Source: Candidatus Sericytochromatia bacterium
Lineage (GTDB): Bacteria; Cyanobacteriota; Sericytochromatia; S15B-MN24; UBA4093
Direction: 5' to 3'
Length of the DNA stretch: 64,000 bases
NCBI GenBank assembly: GCA_036676985.1
Contig: JAKFBU010000026.1
Coordinates: 224,001-288,000, forward strand
Shown here: positions 19,114 through 28,848 of the stretch, piece by piece
Position numbering within the stretch: position 1 is the first letter of the stretch
Layout of the letters: every line of letters starts with the position of its first letter
Program-made: the position numbers and the translations under genes
The notes under the pieces: model-generated
What the model was told of the DNA's origin: nothing
Databases searched by the model: none
Seen by the model: only the letters and a program-made list of their open reading frames with translations

Positions 19114-21368
19114 ACGAGGAACCCGAGTTCCGCTCGTCCGAGGTCTACGAGGTCGAAGGGGAGATCCTCGAGATCGACCACGAGCTCACCGAGCTCATCC
19201 GCTCCGGACTGCCGGCCGTGGTCACGGGCTGCCGCCACGAGCCGCAGGTGCTCAAGCAGGGCCGCCACTTCATGGTCGCGGACCGGGACGGCGGCATCTA
19301 CGGGGGCTGCAAGTGCGGCATGGGCCTCTATCGAGAGGACACGCGCTTTCTGAGCGGCCTCGACTTTCGCCTCGAGGGCGAGTCGCCCACCCTGCTGTCG
19401 GGCTCGACCGAGCGCATCAACACGGGCCACATCGAGTACATGAACCCCTCTTTGGAGCTCGCGAACGGCACGCGCATCCGCCAGGAGACCGTCCAGATCT
19501 CGGTGGTCCGGGCGATCGCCGACACCTTTCGCGAGCAGATCCGGATCATCAACTTCAACGCCGAGGCCGTCACGCTGCGCTTGAGCCTCGCCTTCTACTC
19601 CGACTTCGCGGACATCTTCGAGGTCCGCGGCCTCCACCGGCAGGGCCACGGCATCTACTTCTACCCCAAGCTCACGGACGACAGCCTGACGTTGCGGTAT
19701 CAGGGCGGGGACGGCCTCTTGCGGCAGACCCGCGTGACCTTCGACCAGCGCCCCGTCGACATCGCCGCGACGCCCTACGAGCATGCCTCGGTCGGGGCCG
19801 TCGCCCACTGGGAGATCGCCGTGCCGCCCAACGGGGGGCAGGCCCTGCTTGAGTACCAGATCGAGACCATCGAGGGCAAGGCCGAGCCCAAGGGGGGCGG
19901 GCCCTTTTCCGTGTACCTCCAAGACGTCGGGCGGCTCATCGACCCGAGCGTCGACTTTCCGACCCGCATCCAGACGGACAACGCCGTCTTCAACCTCGTC
20001 TGGAACCGGAGCGTCCGGGACCTCGTGGCCCTCACGAGCCACTACCCGACGGGCCCGTTCGTCGCGGCCGGCATTCCCTGGTTCACGTGTCCCTTCGGCC
20101 GGGACGCCCTCACCACGGCGCTCCAGACCTTGATGCTCGGCCCCAAGATGGCCAAGGGTGTGCTGCGCTTCCTGGCGGCTCACCAGGGCAAGCAGGAGGA
20201 TCCCTTTCGGGACGAGCAGCCCGGCAAGATCCTGCACGAGCTGCGCTTCGGGGAGCTGGCGCGGCTCAAGGTCATCCCGCACACGCCTTACTACGGCACG
20301 GTCGACGCGACGCCCCTGTGGCTGATCCTTTTGAGTGAGACCTATCGCTGGACCGGAGACGCCGAGCTCGTCCACGAGCTGTGGGACAACGTCGAGGCGG
20401 CCCTCTTGTGGCTCGAGACCTACGGGGACATGGACGGCGACGGCTTCGTGGAGTACCACTGCCAGAGCCCCAAGGGCATCCGCAACCAGGGCTGGAAGGA
20501 CGCCTTCAACTCCGTGATCTTTCCGGACGGGACGCTCGGCGAGTCGCCCATCGCCCTCTCGGAGGTCCAGGGCTACGTCTACGACGCCAAGCTCCGGGCC
20601 GCCGAGCTGTGCCGGGTCGTCGGCCAGGAGCTCCTTGCCCGACGCCTCATCCGGGAGGCCGACGAGCTCAAGGAGGCCTACAACGAGACCTTCTGGTCGG
20701 AGGAGCTGGGCTTTTACGCCATGGCCCTCGACAAGCGGAAGCTGCCCGTCTGGACGCCGACCTCCAACCCCGGCTACGGCCTCTGGAGCGGCATCATCGA
20801 GCGGGAGCGCCAGGCGAGCGTCGTCGCCTGCATGATGAGCCCCGGGATGTTCAGCGGCTGGGGGATCCGGACGCTGTCGGCGGACAGTCCCGTCTACAAC
20901 CCCATCGGCTATCACAACGGGACCGTCTGGCCGCATGACAATTCCATCATCGCCAAGGGGATGGCCGACCGGGGCTTCAAGGACGAGGCCGTGCGGATCT
21001 TCGACGCCATGTTCGACGCCGCCGTGCGCTTTCCGTATTACCGCCTGCCGGAGCTGTTCTGCGGCTTCGGGCGCCAGGGAGAGCTGGACTCTCCGATTCC
21101 CTATCCGGTGGCCTGCTCGCCGCAGGCCTGGGCGGCGGCTACCCCCATCTGGCTGTTGCAGGCGGTCCTGGGGTTGCAGGCCGATGCCCCCCACCGGACG
21201 CTCAAGGTGGCCGTGCCGCGGCTGCCCGCGTGGCTCGGCAAGGTGACGATCACGGGGCTGCGCGTGGGGGACGCCACCATCGACCTGGAGTTCATGCAGA
21301 TCGACGGGACGACCACCACCCGGATCCGCAACAAGGTGGGGGATCTGACGGTCCTGATCGAGGGGTAA
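19110..21368 (+). CDS. Amylo-alpha-1,6-glucosidase / glycogen debranching family protein
   Basis: AGIPWFTCPFGRD, EQPGKILHELR, NQGWKD, YHNGTVWPHDN, PQAWAA; ATGA overlap with the GT4 gene. Confidence 0.88.
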   Translation: MNEEPEFRSSEVYEVEGEILEIDHELTELIRSGLPAVVTGCRHEPQVLKQGRHFMVADRDGGIYGGCKCGMGLYREDTRFLSGLDFRLEGESPTLLSGSTERINTGHIEYMNPSLELANGTRIRQETVQISVVRAIADTFREQIRIINFNAEAVTLRLSLAFYSDFADIFEVRGLHRQGHGIYFYPKLTDDSLTLRYQGGDGLLRQTRVTFDQRPVDIAATPYEHASVGAVAHWEIAVPPNGGQALLEYQIETIEGKAEPKGGGPFSVYLQDVGRLIDPSVDFPTRIQTDNAVFNLVWNRSVRDLVALTSHYPTGPFVAAGIPWFTCPFGRDALTTALQTLMLGPKMAKGVLRFLAAHQGKQEDPFRDEQPGKILHELRFGELARLKVIPHTPYYGTVDATPLWLILLSETYRWTGDAELVHELWDNVEAALLWLETYGDMDGDGFVEYHCQSPKGIRNQGWKDAFNSVIFPDGTLGESPIALSEVQGYVYDAKLRAAELCRVVGQELLARRLIREADELKEAYNETFWSEELGFYAMALDKRKLPVWTPTSNPGYGLWSGIIERERQASVVACMMSPGMFSGWGIRTLSADSPVYNPIGYHNGTVWPHDNSIIAKGMADRGFKDEAVRIFDAMFDAAVRFPYYRLPELFCGFGRQGELDSPIPYPVACSPQAWAAATPIWLLQAVLGLQADAPHRTLKVAVPRLPAWLGKVTITGLRVGDATIDLEFMQIDGTTTTRIRNKVGDLTVLIEG

Positions 21369-21416
21369 TACGGCACGTCCCATGGGCGCCGTCCAAGGCG
21401 GTTGCCGGCCATGCCG

Positions 21417-21561
21417 TGGACCCCCGCTTTCGCGAGGGTGACGGGAGGGCCGACTTTGCGCTGACAGGTGCTTGAACTCAGGCCTGAATTGGTGCTTAAG
21501 GGGGCGTGGACTCGATGCCTGGATAGGCGCTCCCGTCATTCCCGCGAAAGCGGGAATCCAG
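21417..21561. repeat. Inverted pair of CGTC-type REP-like palindromes
   Basis: Reverse copy at 21417-21443 and forward CGTCATTCCCGCGAAAGCGGGAATCCAG at 21534-21561. Confidence 0.85.
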
Positions 21562-21604
21562 CGTAGCGACGTCAGCGGTTGCTGGCCGCAGGAAGGAACA
21601 AGTC

Positions 21605-22555
21605 CTAGATGATGAGCAGCTCGTAATCCCGCGAGCCCAGCTTGTGGCGCTCGCAGGTCTTGAGCAGGTGCTGCCAGTCCACCTCCGGGTGCAGGGAGCG
21701 GATCTTGTCCGGGGTCGAGAGGTCCGACAGGCGCGTGCCCGGGATCCCCGTCTGCATGTTGAGGAAGTCCGCCGTGGCCTGGTCGATGCCCACGGGATCC
21801 TTGGAGACGAGGAGCCCCACGTCGGGCAGGACCGCCGCGTCGCTCCAGCCTGCTCCGTCCGGGTCCGGCGTGATGTCCAGGAGCACGTTGCAGTACAGGA
21901 TCCGGCCCGGCTTGGCCGCATGCAGGGCCGTGAGGGCCTCGGCGATGGGCAGGGCGAGCTCTACGGGCTCGCTGGAAAGCTCGCCGGCGCCGACGCCCGC
22001 TGGGACGCGATCGCCGCTTTCGACCATGGCGAGCCGGGCCGCCCGGGTCATGGCCCCGAACCCCAGCTGGTACAGAGCGCCCGCGAAGCCCACGACCGGG
22101 TGCATGGTGACGTGGCTGACGACGATGAGCGTCCGGGCATGCGCCAACGCACTCGCGATGGGGGTGGCGAGGCCGCCGAGGGCCGTGCCGTCCTCGCCCG
22201 TCAGGCCGTCGGCGATGAGCACCGGCGCGCCCAGGGTCTCCGCGGTGAAGCCATGCTCGGCGGCGAGCGCCAGGTGCCCGAGTGCCTCGGTGCGCGACTC
22301 GGAGCGGCGGGCGTTGGTGTCCGTCACGAAGGGCCGGCCGCCCTGCGTTTTGACCTTGCGGACGACCCGGCGCACGATCTCCGGCCGGACATGGGTGGTG
22401 TTGCCCCGCTCGCCGAAGTGCGTCTTGATGGCCACCGGATCCCCCGGCTCCATCAGCTGGGCGAAGCCCGCCGCGTCGAGGAGCTGCTCGATCTTCTCCA
22501 TGAGGCCACCCCCACCGGTGGCGCGACGCTGGGCAAAGTAAACTTCGGCGGGCAT
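21605..22555 (-). CDS. DUF362-family protein (degenerate)
   Basis: VAIKTHFGERGN, PFVTDTN, IADGLTG, SKDPVGIDQA. Confidence 0.75.
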   Translation of the reverse strand: MPAEVYFAQRRATGGGGLMEKIEQLLDAAGFAQLMEPGDPVAIKTHFGERGNTTHVRPEIVRRVVRKVKTQGGRPFVTDTNARRSESRTEALGHLALAAEHGFTAETLGAPVLIADGLTGEDGTALGGLATPIASALAHARTLIVVSHVTMHPVVGFAGALYQLGFGAMTRAARLAMVESGDRVPAGVGAGELSSEPVELALPIAEALTALHAAKPGRILYCNVLLDITPDPDGAGWSDAAVLPDVGLLVSKDPVGIDQATADFLNMQTGIPGTRLSDLSTPDKIRSLHPEVDWQHLLKTCERHKLGSRDYELLII

Positions 22556-22657
22556 TTCGACCTCACGGCGGCAGGCGGAGCGTTACGGGGGCTTCATCAT
22601 GAAATCTTAACACAGGCAATCGAGCTTTGCCGACCATTTGTGTATCGATACGCAATG

Positions 22658-22685
22658 TTGACAGGCGAAAAGCCCTTTCTATAAT
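22658..22685 (+). promoter_or_regulatory. Sigma70-type promoter of the TetR/fatty-acid operon
   Basis: TTGACA-N16-TATAAT, both hexamers perfect consensus. Confidence 0.85.
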
Positions 22686-22688
22686 GGT

Positions 22689-22704
22689 TAGTGATCACTC
22701 ACTA
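22689..22704. promoter_or_regulatory. Putative TetR operator
   Basis: TAGTGA-TCAC-TCACTA inverted repeat 3 nt downstream of the -10 box. Confidence 0.7.
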
Positions 22705-22781
22705 GCGAACAAGGATCGTTCGCCCGTCGTGGTCGGACGAGTCCAGCTACTCATCGCGAAGAAGCGAGAGGAGGAGCCCAC

Positions 22782-23453
22782 ATGGCTGGGGACGCCCGGG
22801 AGCGTTTGACCGCCGAGGAGCGCAGGGCTCAGATCCTGCGTTGCGCGACCACGGTCTTCGCCCGTTCCAACTACCGGGTGGCCGGCATGGCGGAGATCGC
22901 CAAGGAGGCCGGCATCTCGGAGCCGACCGTCTACAAGCACTTCGTCAGCAAGAAGCAGCTCTTCCTCACCATCCTCGATCGGGTCGGCGACAGCACCCTG
23001 CGGCACTGGCAGGGCCTCGCCGAGGAGAGCCCGGATCCCTGGACGCTGCTGCGGCGGATCGGCCTCTCCCAGTACGAGATCGTGCTGGCGCGCCCCGACA
23101 CCCTCAAGCTCCAGTTCCAGGCCCTCTCGGAGGTCGAGGATCCCGAGATCAAGGAGACGCTGCGCCGCCACTTCGCGGCCTATGCGGACTTCCTGGCGGC
23201 CATCATCAAGCAGGGCAAGGCCAACGGCCAGTTCGCCGCAGACCTGGACGTCATGGCGGCCGCCTGGCAGCTCATTTCCATCGGCTTCACCCTCAACCTC
23301 ACGTCCCTCTTGGGCTTCGATCAGGAGCTCGGCCGGGAGACGCTCGAGGTCATGGGGGACAACCTCGTCGTCACCTTTGGGACGCCGCAGCGGGCGTCGT
23401 CCGAGGGCACCGGAGCGCGTCCGGGTGCCGCACCGAAAGAAAGGGTTCCGTAG
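22782..23453 (+). CDS. TetR/AcrR family regulator
   Basis: IAKEAGISEPTVYKHFVSK HTH. Confidence 0.92.
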   Translation: MAGDARERLTAEERRAQILRCATTVFARSNYRVAGMAEIAKEAGISEPTVYKHFVSKKQLFLTILDRVGDSTLRHWQGLAEESPDPWTLLRRIGLSQYEIVLARPDTLKLQFQALSEVEDPEIKETLRRHFAAYADFLAAIIKQGKANGQFAADLDVMAAAWQLISIGFTLNLTSLLGFDQELGRETLEVMGDNLVVTFGTPQRASSEGTGARPGAAPKERVP

Positions 23454-23456
23454 ACC

Positions 23457-24650
23457 ATGAAAGAAGTCGTCCTGGTAGATGGCATTCGCACTCCCTTTGG
23501 CAACTTCGGGGGCGTCCTCAAGGACCTCAACGCACCGGAGCTCGGCCGCATCGTCGTCGCGGAGCTCCTCAAGCGCAACCCCAACGCCAAGGACGCGATC
23601 GATCAGGTGATCATGGGCAACGTGGGCCAGGGATCCGAGGCCCCGAACGTGGCGCGCGTCGTCAGCTTGCGCGCGGGCATCCCCCTCGACAAGACCGCCT
23701 ACACGGTTCAGCGCAACTGCGGCTCGGGCCTCCAGGCCATGATCAACTCGTACCAGGAGATCATGCTGGGCGACGCCGACGTGGTCCTCACGGGCGGCAT
23801 GGAGTCCATGAGCAGCTACCCCTTCCTCAGCCGCGACATGCGCTTCGGCAAGCGCATGCGCAACTCGGAGCTCATCGACTCCATGTGGGAGGGCCTCACG
23901 GACCCCGTCTGCGGCCAGCTGATGGGCCAGACGGCCGAGAACCTGGCCGAGGAGTTCGGCATCTCCCGCGAGGAGCAGGACCAGTACGCCGTCAACTCCC
24001 ACAAGAAGGCCTTCCGGGCCGCCCGCTCGGGGGTGTTCGCCGACGAGATCATGACCGTCGAGGTCCCCAAGAAGGCCGCGGGCAAGGACGTCCCGCCCGA
24101 GCCCATCTCGGCCGACGAGGGCCCCAACCCCGCCCTCAGTCTTCAAATGCTCGGCATGTACCCGACCATCTTCAAGAAGGGCGGCAGCGTCACGCCGGGT
24201 AACGCCTGCGGCACCAACGACGGCGCGGTGGCCCTGCTCATGATGAGCGGCGACAAGGCCAGCGAGCTCGGCTACAAGCCCTTGGCCATCGTGCGCGGCT
24301 ACGTCAACGTGGGCCTCGAGCCCGAGCGCATGGGCTACGGCCCGGCCATGGCCATCCCCGCGGTCCTCAAGAAGGCCGGCCTCACGCTCGACCAGATGGA
24401 CGTCATCGAGATCAACGAGGCCTTCGCGGCCCAGGTCCTCTCGTGCGCCAAGTCGCTCGAGCTGGACACGGACAAGCTCAACCCCAACGGCGGCGCGATC
24501 GCCCTCGGCCACCCGGTCGGCGCCTCGGGCGCCCGTCTCGCCCTGACCTTGGCCAAGGAGCTGCAGCGCCGCGGCGGCAAGTACGGCGTGGCCTCGCTGT
24601 GCATCGGCGGCGGCCAGGGCATCGCCATGGTCCTCGAGAATCCCAACTAG
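23457..24650 (+). CDS. Acetyl-CoA C-acyltransferase (thiolase)
   Basis: NCGSG, INEAFA, GHPVGASG, CIGGGQG. Confidence 0.95.
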   Translation: MKEVVLVDGIRTPFGNFGGVLKDLNAPELGRIVVAELLKRNPNAKDAIDQVIMGNVGQGSEAPNVARVVSLRAGIPLDKTAYTVQRNCGSGLQAMINSYQEIMLGDADVVLTGGMESMSSYPFLSRDMRFGKRMRNSELIDSMWEGLTDPVCGQLMGQTAENLAEEFGISREEQDQYAVNSHKKAFRAARSGVFADEIMTVEVPKKAAGKDVPPEPISADEGPNPALSLQMLGMYPTIFKKGGSVTPGNACGTNDGAVALLMMSGDKASELGYKPLAIVRGYVNVGLEPERMGYGPAMAIPAVLKKAGLTLDQMDVIEINEAFAAQVLSCAKSLELDTDKLNPNGGAIALGHPVGASGARLALTLAKELQRRGGKYGVASLCIGGGQGIAMVLENPN

Positions 24651-24745
24651 AGGCCCCCCAACACCAGGCATTAGAGCCGTTCATTAATGGAACAGTGTTG
24701 GGGGACCTCTGTAGTCCCCCCGGACGATAAGGAGAGAGTCGTCAA

Positions 24746-26797
24746 ATGGCAGTCGAAACCCATAACAAGCCAGGCCTCAACGCGAAGCCCCTGCCGATCT
24801 TCAAGGTCGGCGTCGTCGGCGGCGGGGCCATGGGCGGCGGCATCGCCCAGGTCGTCTCCAACGCGGGCCTGCCCGTGATCATCAAGGACATCAACCAGGA
24901 TGCCGTGGACAAGGGCCTCAAGGCGGCCCGCAAGGTCTACGAGGGCCGCGTCAAGAAGGGCAAGATGTCCGCCTCCGAGATGGAGCAGAAGATGGCCCTC
25001 ATCTCGGGGACCACGACCTGGGAAGGCTTCGACGACGTGGACCTGGTCATCGAGGCGGTGACCGAGCGCATGGACGTCAAGAAGGCCGTCTTCAAGGAGC
25101 TGGACCAGGTCACGCCCAAGCATGCGATCCTGGCCTCCAACACCTCGGCCCTCTCCCTGACGGAGCTGGGCAGCGTGACCTCGCGCCCCGACAAGGTCGG
25201 CGGCCTGCACTTCTTCAACCCGGCGCCCGTCATGAAGCTCGTGGAAGTCATCGAGGCCGACACCTCGTCGCCCGAGACCATGGCGACCCTGATGGCCTTC
25301 TGCAAGGACATCCGCAAGCACCCGGTGCTGGTCAAGGACAAGGCGGGCTTCCTGGTCAACCGCCTGTTGCTCGCGAGCTTCAACGAGGCCGTGACCTCGC
25401 TGCAGGAGGGGGCTGCGAGCGCCGAGCAGATCGACATGGTCGTCCCCAGCCAGGGCTTCCCCATGGGGCCCTTCGTGCTGGCGGACATGCTGGGCGTCGA
25501 GGTCTGCAACGAGGTCGTGCACACGCTGAATGCGGCGTTCGGCGATCGCTTCAAGCCCACCGAGCTGCTCGACTGGATGACCGCCGAGGGCCGCTGGGGC
25601 CAGAAGAAGGGTGCCGGCTTCTACTCGTACAACGACGAGGCCGAGAACCCCGTCCCCAAGAAGATCGAGGAGATCATCGCCAAGAACGGCAAGGCCAAGA
25701 TCCCCTTCGATCCCGAGCGCTTCGTGCTGCCGATGATCAACGAGGCGGCCTACATCCTGCAGGAAGGCGTGGCCTCGGCCGAGGACATCGACCCCTCCAT
25801 GCAGATGGGCACCGGCATGGGCCGTGGTCCTTTGCTGATCGCGGACACCATGGGCCTCGACGTGGTCGTCGAGCGCCTCGAGTTCTACGCCAAGGAAGTG
25901 GGCGAGCGCTTCACGCCCGCACCCTTCCTCAAGGAGCTGGTCGCCCAGGGCAAGCTCGGCGTCAAGACCGGAGAGGGCTTCTTGACCCGCGAGAAGGTCG
26001 AGGAGGGCACCAAGGTCCGGCAGTTCGTGAAGCTCGCCGTGGACGAGGCGGTCGCGGTCGTCACCATCGACAACCCGCCCGCCAACTCGCTGAACTCGAA
26101 CGTCATGGCCGAGCTGGCCGACGTGATGGACGAGTTGGCGGCCGACAACGCCGTCAAGGCCATCGTGCTCACGGGTGCGCCCAACAACAACTGCTTCGTG
26201 GCGGGCGCGGACATCAAGGAGATCGCCGAGATCCAGGGCGGCGCCGAGGCGACCAAGCTGGTCGGCGGCGGCCAGGCCGTCTTCGACAAGATCGAGGCCA
26301 TGAAGAAGCCCGTCATCGTCGCCATCAACGGCTTCTGCCTGGGCGGCGGCTGCGAGCTGGCCATGTCGGCGCACATCCGCATCGCCTCGGACAAGGCCAA
26401 GTTCGGCCAGCCGGAGATCAACCTGGGCATCATCCCGGGCTTCGGCGGCACGCAGCGCCTGCCGCGCATCATCGGCTACGCCAATGCCACCGAGTGGATC
26501 CTGACGGGCGACCTCTACACCGCCCAGCAGGCCCTGCGCGTGGGCCTGGTCCAGAAGGTCGTGCCCGCGGGCGACGAGCTCAACCAGGCCGTGGCGCTCG
26601 CCAAGAAGATCGCCTCGAAGGGCCGGCTCGCCATCCAGTACTCGATGGAGGCCATGTACGAGGGCCGCGACAAGAGCCTCAAGGAGGCCCTCAAGGTCGA
26701 GGCCGCCAAGTTCGGCAAGGTCTGCGAGACCGAGGACAAGCAGATCGGCGTCAAGGCCTTCATCACCAAGACTCAGCCCAAGTTCGTGGATCGTTAG
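24746..26797 (+). CDS. 3-hydroxyacyl-CoA dehydrogenase / enoyl-CoA hydratase fusion (HAD first, ECH last)
   Basis: GGGAMGGG, SNTS, HFFNP, two HAD C-terminal repeats; then AGADI, GGGCE, PEINLG. Confidence 0.92.
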   Translation: MAVETHNKPGLNAKPLPIFKVGVVGGGAMGGGIAQVVSNAGLPVIIKDINQDAVDKGLKAARKVYEGRVKKGKMSASEMEQKMALISGTTTWEGFDDVDLVIEAVTERMDVKKAVFKELDQVTPKHAILASNTSALSLTELGSVTSRPDKVGGLHFFNPAPVMKLVEVIEADTSSPETMATLMAFCKDIRKHPVLVKDKAGFLVNRLLLASFNEAVTSLQEGAASAEQIDMVVPSQGFPMGPFVLADMLGVEVCNEVVHTLNAAFGDRFKPTELLDWMTAEGRWGQKKGAGFYSYNDEAENPVPKKIEEIIAKNGKAKIPFDPERFVLPMINEAAYILQEGVASAEDIDPSMQMGTGMGRGPLLIADTMGLDVVVERLEFYAKEVGERFTPAPFLKELVAQGKLGVKTGEGFLTREKVEEGTKVRQFVKLAVDEAVAVVTIDNPPANSLNSNVMAELADVMDELAADNAVKAIVLTGAPNNNCFVAGADIKEIAEIQGGAEATKLVGGGQAVFDKIEAMKKPVIVAINGFCLGGGCELAMSAHIRIASDKAKFGQPEINLGIIPGFGGTQRLPRIIGYANATEWILTGDLYTAQQALRVGLVQKVVPAGDELNQAVALAKKIASKGRLAIQYSMEAMYEGRDKSLKEALKVEAAKFGKVCETEDKQIGVKAFITKTQPKFVDR

Positions 26798-26831
26798 GGT
26801 CGCACTTCGCGATTAGTGAGGAGAATCAACC

Positions 26832-28001
26832 ATGGATTTCAACTTCTCTGAAGAGCACCAGATGCTCCGGCAGATGGCCAAGGACTTCGTCGATCGCGAA
26901 ATCCGCCCCCTGGCGGACAAGCACGACAAGGAAGAGCACATCGACAAGGAGATCATCCTCAAGATGGCGGAGCAGGGCTTCCTCGGCTCCAACATCCCCG
27001 AGGAGTACGGCGGCTCGGGCATCGGCGACATCGGCAACGCCATCCTGGCCGAGGAGATCGGCCGCGCGGACTCGAGCCTGGGCGTCACCATGGGCGCGCA
27101 CGGCGGCATCGGCACCTACGGCATCGTCATCGACGGCACCGAGGAGCAGAAGCGCAAGTACCTGCCCAAGCTCGCCGCCGGCGAGCTGATCGCGGCCTTC
27201 GCCCTTACCGAGCCGGGCGCCGGTTCGGACGCGGCGGCCATCAAGACCCGCGCCGAGCGTGACGGGGACGACTGGGTCCTCAACGGCAACAAGATGTGGA
27301 TCACCAACGGCGGCACGGCGGACCTGTTCACGGTGTTCGCCGTGACGGATCCCGCCCTCGGCGCCCGCGGCGGCGTGACGGCGTTCCTCGTCGAGCGCGC
27401 CTTCGGCGGCGTGGAGAGCGGCCCCAAGGAAAAGAAGATGGGCATCAAGGGGTCGGACACCCGCGAGGTCTTCTTCAAGAACGTCCGCATCCCCAAGGAG
27501 AACGTGCTCGGCCAGGTGGGCCTCGGCTTCGTGACCGCCATGAAGATCCTGGACAAGGGCCGCCTGAGCCTGGGCGCGGCCGCCCTGGGTGCCGCCAAGG
27601 AAGCGATGGACCTGGCCGTCAAGCACGCCACGACCCGCATCCAGTTCGGCAAGCCCATCGCCGAGCAGCAGGCCATCCAGTTCTACCTCGCCGAGATGGC
27701 CACCCGCATCTTCGCGATGGAGCAGATGGTGTACTACACCGCCTGGCAGGCCGAGTCGGGCCAGAAGATCACCGAGACCGGCTCGATGGTCAAGCTGTTC
27801 TGCACCGAGAACTCGAGCTGGGTCGTCAACAAGGCCCTGCAGATCCACGGCGGCATCGGCTACTCGGGCGAGTACCCGATCGAGCGCATGTTCCGCGACG
27901 CCCGCATCTACGAGATCTTCGAGGGCACCAACGAGATCCAGAAGCTGGTCATCGCGCGCAACGTGCTCAAGCAGTACGCCAAGGAGATGGCCCGCGTCTA
28001 G
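26832..28001 (+). CDS. Acyl-CoA dehydrogenase
   Basis: FALTEPGAGSD, KMWITNG, QIHGGIGY, IFEGTNEIQ. Confidence 0.95.
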   Translation: MDFNFSEEHQMLRQMAKDFVDREIRPLADKHDKEEHIDKEIILKMAEQGFLGSNIPEEYGGSGIGDIGNAILAEEIGRADSSLGVTMGAHGGIGTYGIVIDGTEEQKRKYLPKLAAGELIAAFALTEPGAGSDAAAIKTRAERDGDDWVLNGNKMWITNGGTADLFTVFAVTDPALGARGGVTAFLVERAFGGVESGPKEKKMGIKGSDTREVFFKNVRIPKENVLGQVGLGFVTAMKILDKGRLSLGAAALGAAKEAMDLAVKHATTRIQFGKPIAEQQAIQFYLAEMATRIFAMEQMVYYTAWQAESGQKITETGSMVKLFCTENSSWVVNKALQIHGGIGYSGEYPIERMFRDARIYEIFEGTNEIQKLVIARNVLKQYAKEMARV

Positions 28002-28015
28002 CACTGGGTGAGTCG

Positions 28016-28045
28016 GAGAGCGGGGCCTGGCCCCGCTCTCTTTTT
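28016..28045 (+). terminator. Intrinsic terminator between acyl-CoA dehydrogenase and etfB
   Basis: GAGAGCGGGGC-CTG-GCCCCGCTCTC followed by TTTTT. Confidence 0.75.
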
Positions 28046-28056
28046 ACGAGGTGACC

Positions 28057-28839
28057 ATGAACATCGTCGTGACCATCAAGCAGGTCCCCGATACCACCGA
28101 CGTCCGACTGGATCAGGCGACGGGCGTTTTGCAGCGGGACCGCGCCAAGGGGATGACCAATCCCGAGGACAAGTACGCCCTGGAGCTGGCCATCGGCCTC
28201 AAGGAGAAGCTGGGAGGCAAGGTGACCGTCCTCTCCCTGGGCCCCGAGACGGCCAAGGACTCCCTCAAGGAAGCCCTCGCCATGGGAGCCGACGAGGCCT
28301 ATCTCGTCAGCGACCCCGCGGCCAAGGGCTCGGATGCCGTCACGACCGCCCGGGTCCTGGCGGCCGCCATCGATAAGATCGGCCCGGCGGACCTCGTGCT
28401 CTCGGGCCGCCGCTCCATCGACGGCTGGACGGGGGCCATCGCCCCCATGCTCGCCGAGGCCCTCAAGCTGCCCCTGGTCTCGGGCGTGCGCAAGCTGGAA
28501 GTGAACGCGAGCCAGCTGGTCGCCGAGCAGGACTGGGAGGACAGCGTCCGGGTCGTCGAGAGCTCCCTGCCCGCGGTGGCCAGCGTGACCCGCGAGGCCA
28601 AGAGCCCGCGCATCGCGACCGCCATGGGCATCATGAAGGCCGCCAAGAAGCCCCTCACCGCCTGGACGCTTGCGGACCTCGGCCTCTCGCCCGAGAGCGT
28701 GGGCTTGGCTGGCTCGAGCACCAAGGTGGTGCGCGTCAGCACGGCCGAGCGCAAGAAGCGCGCCCAGGTCTTCGAGGGCGCGGGCGCCGGCACCATCTCC
28801 GAGCTGAACCAGAAGCTGGCCGGCCGGGGCCTCGTGTAG
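28057..28839 (+). CDS. etfB: Electron transfer flavoprotein beta subunit
   Basis: IKQVPDT, NPED, ALAMGAD, SIDG. Confidence 0.92.
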   Translation: MNIVVTIKQVPDTTDVRLDQATGVLQRDRAKGMTNPEDKYALELAIGLKEKLGGKVTVLSLGPETAKDSLKEALAMGADEAYLVSDPAAKGSDAVTTARVLAAAIDKIGPADLVLSGRRSIDGWTGAIAPMLAEALKLPLVSGVRKLEVNASQLVAEQDWEDSVRVVESSLPAVASVTREAKSPRIATAMGIMKAAKKPLTAWTLADLGLSPESVGLAGSSTKVVRVSTAERKKRAQVFEGAGAGTISELNQKLAGRGLV

Positions 28840-28848
28840 GAGGGAAGG

